DNA of 53,701 bases from a virus (lineage: Duplodnaviria; Caudoviricetes). The stretch spans positions 1 to 53,701 of IMG/VR virus record IMGVR_UViG_3300017971_000343, one strand, 5' to 3'. Under the pieces are notes generated by a model, which was not told the DNA's origin, ran no database searches, and saw only the letters and a list, made by a program, of their open reading frames with translations. Position 1 is the stretch's first letter; the number at the start of each line of letters is the position of its first letter. Below are positions 7,929-16,442 of this stretch, piece after piece. Made by a program: the position numbers and the translations under genes.

Positions 7929-8254
7929 TTATGAAAGTTATAATTCATAAATAGTGTCGGTTAGTTTTAATCATATAGTTCTAAGGAGTGCGAACGGGAA
8001 ATTTTTGGATGTCATGTATTTGTATGGCAATTGTTACAAGAATATCATCTCGAATCGCAGGGATTTTTTAAAGCAAGCTACAAAACATGGTTTTACGAAC
8101 AAAATTATGCTAAGTATGGAAGATAAAAACATGTTGGAATAATTTTTTTCATAAAATCATTTACACGTTACTGTCGCAACAATTCTTTTTATGAAAACAG
8201 CTTTATGTGAATGATATGTGTCATTAAATAATTTCGTTTTATAATTCGTACATA

Positions 8255-8340
8255 GAAAAGACCCCGAAACAAGGAACAATGAAAGATTGTGGGATTTAGT
8301 TCCGGGGTCTTATATTTTCTTATCCTTAACATTGTTCCTA
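8255..8340 (-). ncRNA. Putative ~85-nt small RNA ending in an intrinsic terminator
   Basis: Upstream promoter; stem 8299-8311 pairs with 8258-8270 and is followed by a U tract; 5' segment 8330-8339 is exactly complementary to 8272-8281. Confidence 0.5.
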
Positions 8341-8345
8341 TAAAT

Positions 8346-8374
8346 AATATAGGAATTTACGGGGCTAACGTCAA
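8346..8374 (-). promoter_or_regulatory. sigma70-type promoter
   Basis: TTGACG-N17-TATATT. Confidence 0.7.
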
Positions 8375-8408
8375 GGGTTTTATTCATAGTCTTCTATAGT
8401 ATACCTTT

Positions 8409-8648
8409 TTATTTTTTATCCTTTTTTATTTCTTTGAAAATATCGGTAAATTTTTCTATAGTGCGAATATGCAACGTTGGGTAGTGGTAGCCAAAAGGAT
8501 GATATTCGTGATAATGTTTAAATGTGGCTATCCATACCGTTCCTGCGGGAACATCTAACAAATCAGACAGTTGGTAAAAGGCTCGATATCCATTTTCAAT
8601 AAATGGGTAGTATTGTTTAATTTCGTTAATCATTTTACGTTCCTTCAT
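8409..8648 (-). CDS. Hypothetical protein (probable start MKERKMIN)
   Basis: ATGA overlap with the upstream gene stop; purine-rich ribosome-binding site. Confidence 0.5.
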   Translation of the reverse strand: MKERKMINEIKQYYPFIENGYRAFYQLSDLLDVPAGTVWIATFKHYHEYHPFGYHYPTLHIRTIEKFTDIFKEIKKDKK

Positions 8649-8968
8649 CTTCCTTCCCCTCCTGGACACCAATCTGGTATTGGGATATGGGTTAAACTGT
8701 CTGGCAACAATACAGCATCCTTGCTCGTTGCCACCAATATAGCTTGAAATGCTTCTTTGCAATAATATTGTTCCGGGCATGTTCTTATTAAATCACAACC
8801 TATTGGATCTTCAAATCCTTCCTCGTATTCCAAAAACTCACAATCTTCACAACCGGAAGGAAGTGTTTTAGGCTTGTAGTAAAGAGGGCACGTATATGTT
8901 TGATGCCTTACAAATTCCCAATCATAATCGAACCATTGTCCGCACTCGCAAAGTATCTTTCTTTCCAT
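8645..8968 (-). CDS. Cys-rich hypothetical protein
   Basis: CECG, CEDC and IPDWCP motifs. Confidence 0.55.
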   Translation of the reverse strand: MERKILCECGQWFDYDWEFVRHQTYTCPLYYKPKTLPSGCEDCEFLEYEEGFEDPIGCDLIRTCPEQYYCKEAFQAILVATSKDAVLLPDSLTHIPIPDWCPGGEGR

Positions 8969-8970
8969 TT

Positions 8971-9210
8971 TTATTCCCCCTTCCTATAACAAATTGTGAC
9001 AGCTTTTTTATCTCGATTAACTTCGACAATTATTCCCATTACTATTTTCATAACGCAGCCCGCACAATATATGTGCTTTTCCTTGTGCTTGTGGATAAGC
9101 TTGCCCTCTGCGTTATATATCGAACCTGCAATGCCCCTGAATTTGTTAGGGTCGGTGGAACGGTATTTCCCACACTCGTCACATTCGTATGTTATGGAAT
9201 TGGCTTTCAT
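8971..9210 (-). CDS. Small zinc-finger protein (probable start MKANSI)
   Basis: CDEC...HIYCAGC; AAGGAG ribosome-binding site. Confidence 0.55.
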   Translation of the reverse strand: MKANSITYECDECGKYRSTDPNKFRGIAGSIYNAEGKLIHKHKEKHIYCAGCVMKIVMGIIVEVNRDKKAVTICYRKGE

Positions 9211-9223
9211 TTCTTTAACTCCT

Positions 9224-10888
9224 TTATTTTTCGTTAAACACATAAAAATACTTACCTGCAAGATTTATGCCTTTCCCTTCGGCTTCGAGGGTAATGCAGT
9301 ATTCTTTTATCGTATTCGCGGGGACAGTTTTGCCCGTATTTGGTCTCCAGTTCTGGTTTATATCTGATTTAGTAAACAAAGGGTCTCCGCTATCTTTTGT
9401 TTTTCTCACAAGCCAGTCATACAGCCTGTTTTTCATCTTGTCGTCTTTGGTTAGCCCCCTATAATGATATGCTCTTCTTATATGGGGCTTAAAATAATAT
9501 TCTACAATTTTAATTGCCCTTTCCATGTTAGAACCAAGAAGAAACCTGTTTACCTTTTTATCCCTCGCTTCACACATTGTATGGAACAAAAGGGCTATCC
9601 TGCATACATATCCGGGGAGTTTCCCCCAGTGAACTTTTAAATCTTCAGACAACGCATCTGAATCTACCTGATCTTTGTGCATCCCGTTTACCCATTCAGC
9701 AAACAGCTTCTTAGCATTTGAATTCCTATCCAGCATTATATACCCGTCACAATTATAGTTCTTTTCATACTTTTCTATGCATGTATTGTACATCCAGTTA
9801 AAACATCCCCCAACTTTGTCATATAAATCTTGATCAACATATGTGTCAAAATCAAATACAGGGCTTTTGTGATCTGGGTATACAAAAAGGAATCTTGCAC
9901 ACATGCCGTCCCCTATAAACCCGGAACTGCTGTCGTATAGTTTTTTAAGATATTCTGGGAGCAGGTTGCCGAGAAGGGAAAAGAACGGTCTTTTGAGAGT
10001 ATAAGACGATCCCATTTTTCTCTGGACTTTTAACAGGGCAGAACTCCATACAGAGAGCCAGAATTTGCTGTCGGTTCCCCCTCTTGTCTTGTATGCGTCA
10101 AGGGCGTTTATCCAGAAGGATAATTCATCGTATATACATATTAGCCCATCAGGGTTGTCTCTCATTAATTCAGATGCTTTTTCCCTTGTTGCATCACCGA
10201 CTATCAGGGTTTTGAGAACAGGCTTTTTCTCCCCTTTTGCCTGATTTAATTTTTCGAGGTCTTCGTAATTAGCCATTTCCCTTTGAAACCTATCCCATTC
10301 TTTTGCTTCTATGTCGTTAAGGAAGTCTGTACATAATTTCATGGAAGGGGTTTTCTTCGTGGAAGGAGAACCAACTATTGCCGCCCATATACATGCAGTT
10401 TCAATATACTTTGGCTTAACTATCAACTCCTGTTTTAATCCCACGACTCCACTCCAAGCGACCAGCATTGCCATCGCAGGGTAGTCTACGGGGCAGTCAA
10501 GGGAGTCGGCAACCTTTTGTATGTATTCATTAAACGGTTTTGGTATTAGGTCTAACGGGAACTTGGGCGCTTTAGGAAGCCCTGTTGTATGCCTAGGTAT
10601 TAAGTTTAGCGGTTTAAATTCCTTTGCATACTTGAATGTTTTTTGTAGTTTAACGTCCGGGTCAAATATAATTTTATAAATAGGGCATCCTTGACAGGGA
10701 TCTGTTTTAGATAATTCTATGCTATTAACTGCCTGTTCTTCGTACCATTTTCTGAGGTTTCTGCAATACGGTATTTCTTCATCTTCGGCTTTTTCTGAAT
10801 TATCGAGTAAAAAATCAACAAAGCCTTCTTGGAAAAAAGGCTTTAATCTACTTGCGCATTTGCATCGTTCGAATATTATGTCACTCAA
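9224..10888 (-). CDS. DUF3987/YfjI-family P-loop replication protein (primase-associated helicase-like)
   Basis: FPLDLIP...CPVDY, AIVGSPSTKKTP (Walker A-like), YDEL (Walker B), DGMCARFLF. Confidence 0.85.
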   Translation of the reverse strand: MSDIIFERCKCASRLKPFFQEGFVDFLLDNSEKAEDEEIPYCRNLRKWYEEQAVNSIELSKTDPCQGCPIYKIIFDPDVKLQKTFKYAKEFKPLNLIPRHTTGLPKAPKFPLDLIPKPFNEYIQKVADSLDCPVDYPAMAMLVAWSGVVGLKQELIVKPKYIETACIWAAIVGSPSTKKTPSMKLCTDFLNDIEAKEWDRFQREMANYEDLEKLNQAKGEKKPVLKTLIVGDATREKASELMRDNPDGLICIYDELSFWINALDAYKTRGGTDSKFWLSVWSSALLKVQRKMGSSYTLKRPFFSLLGNLLPEYLKKLYDSSSGFIGDGMCARFLFVYPDHKSPVFDFDTYVDQDLYDKVGGCFNWMYNTCIEKYEKNYNCDGYIMLDRNSNAKKLFAEWVNGMHKDQVDSDALSEDLKVHWGKLPGYVCRIALLFHTMCEARDKKVNRFLLGSNMERAIKIVEYYFKPHIRRAYHYRGLTKDDKMKNRLYDWLVRKTKDSGDPLFTKSDINQNWRPNTGKTVPANTIKEYCITLEAEGKGINLAGKYFYVFNEK

Positions 10889-10921
10889 TCCATAGCTCCC
10901 TTCCTTTTATATGTTTTAACT

Positions 10922-11731
10922 TCATTTAAACTCTATCCTTGTCTGCCTTTGGGCTTCTTTGATTCGTGGTCTACAAATTTCTTCAATATACTTTTCAGAA
11001 ATATCAATACCTATATAATTCCTATTTAAAAGTGTTGCCATTTTACAAGTTGTCCCAGAACCACACATTGGATCTAAAATTAAATCTCCTTCGTTGCTCC
11101 AGGAAAGAATATGGTCACGAGCAAGTTGTTCTGGGAAAATTGCAGGATGTTCAACCCCAGCATTATAATTGTTATATTTCCATGTATTAAACCTAATGCC
11201 GTATAATTCAGAACCATATTTTCTATACCCCTTAATAGAGTTATCTTTATTCCTATGCCCCATTTTCCTTTTTTTAACCGGGAGAATCCCTGATAAATTT
11301 TTTCTATCTTTGAGTAAATTAAAACATTTAATGTCTTTTTTGCTAAAAACAAACATATACTCAAAATTTTGCCAATAAGATTTATTACTACCAGTTGATC
11401 CTTGCCCATCCTTTAAACATATCATCGTGTCGTGCAAATTAAATCCTACATATTTAAAATATAATGCTTGTTTAAAAGATGTCCCTGTCTCGCTTCCATT
11501 TATTGTTTGATCTCCGACTACCCAAACAACTACACCTCCATCTTTTGTAATTCTAAATAATTCTTTTGCTAAACTTTTAAAATCAAATCTCATAATCCCT
11601 CAAATCATCGTAAGGCGAACTTGTAACTGTCAAATCAACGCAATTGTCAGGAGCATTTTTTAATACATCTAAATGATCCCCGCAAATCACAGTATTGATA
11701 TGATATGTTCGTCAACCCACTTATTACTCAT
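10922..11731 (-). pseudogene. Disrupted N4-C/N6-A DNA methyltransferase (beta class)
   Basis: The C-terminal part keeps HPAIFP and DPMCGSGTT. The N-terminus (MSNKWVDEHI / NTVICGD...DLTVTSSPYDDLRDY) is in other frames, with an ATATC duplication near 11700, a second shift near 11592, and SPPY changed to SSPY. Confidence 0.8.
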
Positions 11732-12038
11732 CATCTTTTTCATCTTCTTCTATATCTTTTTCTAATTTCTTTTGCATAACTTTCTGGTCGGACAAAAGCA
11801 TATTATTATATTTTGATTGGTAATCTATAAGTTCGGATTTGTATTTATCCAACTGCTTTTGATACCTGTCGATTTCGCAGTCTATCAATTCCTGAACATT
11901 TTTGCCCGGAAACACGTTCTTTTTAAGTTCAGATATTTTGTTCTCTAACTTCTCTATCTGCTTCGGGTAACTCCACTTGACTTTACGTTCAAGAGCATCT
12001 TCGGGGACTTCAGGTATTCCATATTCCTTTCTTGCCAT
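11724..12038 (-). CDS. Hypothetical coiled-coil protein
   Basis: Operonic overlap with neighbours. Confidence 0.55.
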   Translation of the reverse strand: MARKEYGIPEVPEDALERKVKWSYPKQIEKLENKISELKKNVFPGKNVQELIDCEIDRYQKQLDKYKSELIDYQSKYNNMLLSDQKVMQKKLEKDIEEDEKDDE

Positions 12039-12220
12039 TACGAACCTATTTTCATCTTCTCGTTAAAATTAGGAACTTCGATAGTGTTGATCAACTTCCA
12101 TACATAAAAAACTTCCTTTTTACAGTTAGGGCAAATCATTAAGGTTTTCATTTCTCCGTTTTCAATTTTAACAACTTGATCTTCCTGTTTAAAAGTATAT
12201 TTGTGGTTGCAGTCCGTCAT
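12038..12220 (-). CDS. Small zinc-ribbon protein
   Basis: CNH...CPNC; GGAG ribosome-binding site. Confidence 0.55.
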   Translation of the reverse strand: MTDCNHKYTFKQEDQVVKIENGEMKTLMICPNCKKEVFYVWKLINTIEVPNFNEKMKIGS

Positions 12221-12222
12221 AC

Positions 12223-12492
12223 TTATTCTCCTATATCAATAAATAATTTACATGTATTGTCCTCAAATAAAAAAGTATTAACAAAATGCCTATCCCAAAA
12301 TTTTTCCATACTTTTCAATCCCCCACTTTCTTCAATTTTATAATATCTAGCATAGAAAAAATCCAAAATAGGACAAGTATATTCGTTGGATAAAACAGAC
12401 AGATCTCTATCGTAACTTGTTTCATGAATGTAATGAATACATTTTTCACAATATTTCTTTTTATGAAAATCGAACCAATCTTTATCTATCAT
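12223..12492 (-). CDS. Cys-containing hypothetical protein (probable start MIDKDW)
   Basis: CEKCIH...CPI...C; GGGAG ribosome-binding site. Confidence 0.55.
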   Translation of the reverse strand: MIDKDWFDFHKKKYCEKCIHYIHETSYDRDLSVLSNEYTCPILDFFYARYYKIEESGGLKSMEKFWDRHFVNTFLFEDNTCKLFIDIGE

Positions 12493-12795
12493 ATTTATTC
12501 TCCCTTTTATATAATTGTTCAAACTTTGAACAGTTAGTTTGTTTAATTTCTACTCACATGAAATCGCAATGACCCCTAACAAAAATAAAAAAAAGAAAAT
12601 TATAATTAGTAAATACATTCTTTTCTCCTTTTTGGAAGGAAGCCCCTGCCTTTTAGTTTATTTAAGGATTTTTGGTTGGATTGTAAGACTTTTGGTTCGG
12701 CAGGGGCAGTACGAGTTTTGTACAAATAGTTGTTGTACCTGAAGTTTATATTGTGGGTCTTAGGAAGGCTGTACTGTAATGTTAAATATTGCATG

Positions 12796-12993
12796 TTAAT
12801 CCGCTTTTATTCCTAATTCGGCTAAAAATTCTTTATCGAAGTCGTTATAATCTTCTTCGTAAACATCCTCATAAAACAACCCGTCTTTAGTCCATCCGGT
12901 TTCACAATAAACAAATTTGTTTCCCTGTTCTTCCATATATCTTTTATAACACTCTAAAATGAAGATAAGATCGATGATTTCATCTTCGTTCAT
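12796..12993 (-). CDS. Small acidic hypothetical protein
   Basis: GGAG ribosome-binding site directly after ssb. Confidence 0.55.
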   Translation of the reverse strand: MNEDEIIDLIFILECYKRYMEEQGNKFVYCETGWTKDGLFYEDVYEEDYNDFDKEFLAELGIKAD

Positions 12994-13002
12994 AATCTTC
13001 TC

Positions 13003-13353
13003 CTAAAACGGTATGTTCTCATCTCTTGGCTCCCCAGAACCGTCATCAGCATCCCTTTTCTTTTTCATGTAAAAAGGGATAATGTTATTGGCAATTATCT
13101 GAGTTTCAGTTCTTTTATTTCCATCTTTATCTGTCCATGCATTATAAGACAAAGAACCCTCGACAATCAAGGCTGTTCCCTGACAAATATTCGATTCGAT
13201 GTATTCAGCAGTTTTCTTAAACCCAACAACCTTTATCCACCCGGTATTTTCTGGATATATCTTATATGCCATGCTGAATGTTGCCACCTTGCTCTTTCCT
13301 TCGTATGTGGTGGGGTCTTGCCCAACATATCCTTTTAAATATACTTTGTTCAT
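13003..13353 (-). CDS. ssb: Single-stranded DNA-binding protein
   Basis: MNKVYLKGYVGQDP...VEGSL...WTDKDGNKR, with an acidic tail ending DENIPF. Confidence 0.92.
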   Translation of the reverse strand: MNKVYLKGYVGQDPTTYEGKSKVATFSMAYKIYPENTGWIKVVGFKKTAEYIESNICQGTALIVEGSLSYNAWTDKDGNKRTETQIIANNIIPFYMKKKRDADDGSGEPRDENIPF

Positions 13354-13396
13354 CTGCTTTCCTTTCAAAATTTATACATGCAAGTTTTATTCCTTT

Positions 13397-13777
13397 TCAT
13401 TCCTTTTTAAACTTAAACATATCTTTAGGTTTTTTTGTTGCGATATAATATCCGATAAGTTCGTTTATATCTTCATATATAATTCTAATCCCCAATTCTT
13501 CAGCCCTTTTAATTTCAGCTAATGTCCCCTTACTATTCTCCCATCCGGGCAATACAAAGACAACATCGGAAACTTCAAGCCATGCCATTGAATACCTGTA
13601 GTAATCTTCTACCGTTAGGGATTTATCAAAGAATTGAAATTGATAGTCTAAAAAGGGGCAAAAGGGATTCATGCCAGCCTTCATTATTTGAGCAGATACC
13701 TTTATCCCATCGTGTATGTTACCCAATACATCTATTACATTATCTGCCGAATACTTTCCTGCAACGTAGACTCTCAT
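13397..13777 (-). CDS. DUF4406/DUF1937-like protein (nucleoside deoxyribosyltransferase fold)
   Basis: VYVAGKYS...NPFCP...LPGWENSKGTLAEIKRA. Confidence 0.8.
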   Translation of the reverse strand: MRVYVAGKYSADNVIDVLGNIHDGIKVSAQIMKAGMNPFCPFLDYQFQFFDKSLTVEDYYRYSMAWLEVSDVVFVLPGWENSKGTLAEIKRAEELGIRIIYEDINELIGYYIATKKPKDMFKFKKE

Positions 13778-13904
13778 TTATTCTTCTCCCATATAAATAA
13801 TTGTAAAGGTTTTGAATAGTATCCTATCCTCTATTTCAACAATTTCTCCCATTCTCGCATTTTCAACTAAATAACTCCATGCAAAAAATATATTCTTAAA
13901 CCAT

Positions 13905-14099
13905 TTAGTTCGATGATCTTCCCTCTTCACAAACGTTATCCCGTAAGGTGTATTCCTCAATCATTTCGCCCCCCTTTGTATTCTTGATAACTCTTAAAAG
14001 ATTTAGATAATGATCTTCACACAGAAACCATATTTCACCAATAAATAAATATGCCTGTGCATATTTTGAGCATCCATTAATTTCACATTTAGGTTTCAT
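13905..14099 (-). CDS. Small zinc-binding hypothetical protein
   Basis: CEINGC...LCEDH. Confidence 0.5.
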   Translation of the reverse strand: MKPKCEINGCSKYAQAYLFIGEIWFLCEDHYLNLLRVIKNTKGGEMIEEYTLRDNVCEEGRSSN

Positions 14100-14286
14100 T
14101 GTTATATTTTTCCACTACTCTATTTATTCCTTTTATTAGCAAGTCATCTTCGATATGAAAAGGATCTTCTCTGTTTAATTCAAAACTTGCATTGCAAATT
14201 AGCTGAGATAGTCTCCAATCTGGGACTTTAGACCAAGCAATTTCTATTTTTTTTAGCACAATTGGTATTCGATTCGGGTCTCTCAT
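14089..14286 (-). CDS. Conserved small phage protein (MRDPNRI...W...PDWRL.QL type)
   Basis: Recognisable motif pattern; AAGGAG ribosome-binding site. Confidence 0.7.
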   Translation of the reverse strand: MRDPNRIPIVLKKIEIAWSKVPDWRLSQLICNASFELNREDPFHIEDDLLIKGINRVVEKYNNET

Positions 14287-14339
14287 GATCCTTATCTCCT
14301 TTTAGTTAGCCTTAAATATAGATATTTGTGTTTCATTCC

Positions 14340-15434
14340 CTATATCCCAAAATGTAGTTTGTATTCAGAAGTGATGTATTTCTTCTTGGGGTGAACAAAA
14401 AACGAATATTGAAAAGGAACGGACGTGCTTCCATACTTTCTCAATACATACATATCATCCGATACAAAACTTCCGTTTACTAAAAAGAATTTTCTACCCA
14501 ACTGTATAGATGCAATCTGGTGGAAATGACCAATGCAATAGTAATTAAAATTAATCTCAGATTTAGCCAATTCCCCGATTCTTCTCGATACCCCGTAATA
14601 AGGAAGCCCCATCCAGCATCTTACAACTTCTCCGTGTTCAAGGAAAAATTTCTTCCCGTAAATGTCTACTATTTGATAAAAATCGTCAGTTGAATGGAAA
14701 TTTATCCTATCCTCATTAACAAACTGTTGTTCCCAAAACTTGTATATTACAGAATCCCAATTTGCATCAGAAATAGAATCCTTTTGAGTTTCCCCGTGAT
14801 TGCCTGAAACGAGATATAAGTCTACCTTGTCGAACATCTGTAACATATTATGGAAAAACGAAGGGAAGGAATTTTCAGGATCGACGGCAACTTGTATCTG
14901 TTGCCATACAGTTCCTTCAAGTTCGTGAAGATCAACAAACCTTCCAACTATTTCGTTATGAACAATATCGCCCAAAACAAATATAACAAGCCTGTCAATT
15001 GGATGATCTGCCCTTTGCACCTTTGCAATAGTAAATATGCTTTCCTGAAGCATTTTTAATCTATCTCTAAACACTTTAAAGTTAAAGGATTTGGTAAGAT
15101 GCCCCAACTGTGAATCAGAAAGCATTAACCCCATTGTTTCAGGAGTTCCCTTACCTGTTGGTATTATGAATTTGTCAACCTTTAGTTCCGGGAACGATTT
15201 TACTTCAGATATGATCGTGGATTTGAACAATTCTATTGCATCTTCGGTTGTCATTACTTTTTTCTTTTTTTGTAGATTTATTTCTTTAATATCATCGTGT
15301 TCAGAATTTATCCAGTCCCAACCGTCCTGTTCGGTTTCAAACCATTTCTGATGCCGATTCCCCTGATCATCGAAAAACCATGCTCTCCACTTGCTTTTTC
15401 TTAACCTGTTTTTGCTATATATTACAGATGCCAT
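14340..15434 (-). CDS. Calcineurin-like metallophosphoesterase
   Basis: SDSQ, GDIV, GNHG, HG and GHFH motifs. Confidence 0.85.
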   Translation of the reverse strand: MASVIYSKNRLRKSKWRAWFFDDQGNRHQKWFETEQDGWDWINSEHDDIKEINLQKKKKVMTTEDAIELFKSTIISEVKSFPELKVDKFIIPTGKGTPETMGLMLSDSQLGHLTKSFNFKVFRDRLKMLQESIFTIAKVQRADHPIDRLVIFVLGDIVHNEIVGRFVDLHELEGTVWQQIQVAVDPENSFPSFFHNMLQMFDKVDLYLVSGNHGETQKDSISDANWDSVIYKFWEQQFVNEDRINFHSTDDFYQIVDIYGKKFFLEHGEVVRCWMGLPYYGVSRRIGELAKSEINFNYYCIGHFHQIASIQLGRKFFLVNGSFVSDDMYVLRKYGSTSVPFQYSFFVHPKKKYITSEYKLHFGI

Positions 15435-15470
15435 TTATCTTTCCTTTTTATTGTTATCCCCATAGCCCGC

Positions 15471-15566
15471 TTATATTTCTGGATATGTGCATTTTAGCAT
15501 AGCAATTAAATATCCGATTGCACCACCGATTACACAACCCAATAAAATTAAACCAATGTAGATCAT
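15471..15566 (-). CDS. Small membrane peptide (31 aa)
   Basis: Read manually: MIYIGLILLGCVIGGAIGYLIAMLKCTYPEI; AAGGAG ribosome-binding site. Confidence 0.5.
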   Translation of the reverse strand: MIYIGLILLGCVIGGAIGYLIAMLKCTYPEI

Positions 15567-15628
15567 TCCTTCTCCTTTTTACATTTTATTTTTTCTAACT
15601 AAATACACAATGCAAATTTCACGCCATA

Positions 15629-15799
15629 CTACCTATATTGAGTTTTTCTGTGAACCTTCCACCCATTGCCCGAATGGTTTCCACCGTAAGGTCGTCAAAG
15701 AGGGCATCCTTTTTTGCCATATCGAGATTTATATAACCCCAGCATAACCTTATATTCTCTCTCGTTATCTGTTTTTTTTAACTTCTCTTTTGTCTTCAT
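15629..15799 (-). CDS. Candidate small selenoprotein (56 aa, C32-P-L-U35)
   Basis: MKTKEKLKKTDNEREYKVMLGLYKSRYGKKGCPL[TGA]RPYGGNHSGNGWKVHRKTQYR*. The in-frame TGA (15695-15697) sits at the second-Cys position of a CxxC and is followed by a hairpin. Confidence 0.55.
15652..15694 (-). other. SECIS-like RNA hairpin immediately 3' of the in-frame UGA
   Basis: Lower stem GACCUU/AAGGUU, upper stem CCAUU/AAUGG, apical loop CGGGC starting 22 nt after the UGA. Confidence 0.5.
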
Positions 15800-15841
15800 A
15801 TACATAATATATGGATATTGCAAGATTTATGCCAAAGCAAA

Positions 15842-16357
15842 TTATTTTACTTTAGTAATATCGTCGTCAGGGTGATTGCGCATATGGGCAGTTCTCATCT
15901 CTCTTATGCAATCCCTCATAGAATAGATAACAGTTTCTATCCTTCTAAAATCGTCTCTTAATGTATCAAGAGATTTCTTTATAATACTGATTTCGGTGTC
16001 GTGATACCCGATCTTCTTCCCGATTTTTTCGTAATATTCTAAAGAGTGAGGATTCCCCGGATTGTTTTTCCTCCCACCTAAAATCTTCTTGATATCTATA
16101 AGACCACTTCTATCCAAAATTATAAATATAAGAATTATAAGTGCAAGAAAATTATTGTCGGCTTTTTTTATCAGCCAGTCGTTTAAATTTATATCGTTAG
16201 TATTTTTGTTCCCGGCGTTACTATTATTCCCACTATTACTACTCACCTGCCGAACAGTTTTTTGTTCTTCCACTGCAAGCACCTGAGTATACACCAGTAA
16301 GACTGCCAGAGCAACGACCACAGCTATACAAACCGCTTTCATCACATTCGTTTTCAT
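15842..16357 (-). CDS. Membrane protein next to the endolysin (holin-like or lysis accessory)
   Basis: N-terminal signal/transmembrane segment, a second transmembrane segment (FLALIILIFIIL), and a C-terminal coiled coil. Confidence 0.5.
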   Translation of the reverse strand: MKTNVMKAVCIAVVVALAVLLVYTQVLAVEEQKTVRQVSSNSGNNSNAGNKNTNDINLNDWLIKKADNNFLALIILIFIILDRSGLIDIKKILGGRKNNPGNPHSLEYYEKIGKKIGYHDTEISIIKKSLDTLRDDFRRIETVIYSMRDCIREMRTAHMRNHPDDDITKVK

Positions 16358-16442
16358 AATTACCCCCTTTCTCTGGATACAAACCTAACCCTTCTTTCAC
16401 ATACCCAATGTTGTCAAAAATAAAATAACACATAACTTTTTT

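Noticed and set aside
7544-8142. Short ORFs 7544-7780 (-), 7548-7823 (+) and 7954-8142 (+)
   Set aside because: They overlap promoter, hairpin and repeat elements, lack convincing starts, and have no protein-like features. The region is treated as non-coding, although 7954-8142 cannot be strictly excluded.
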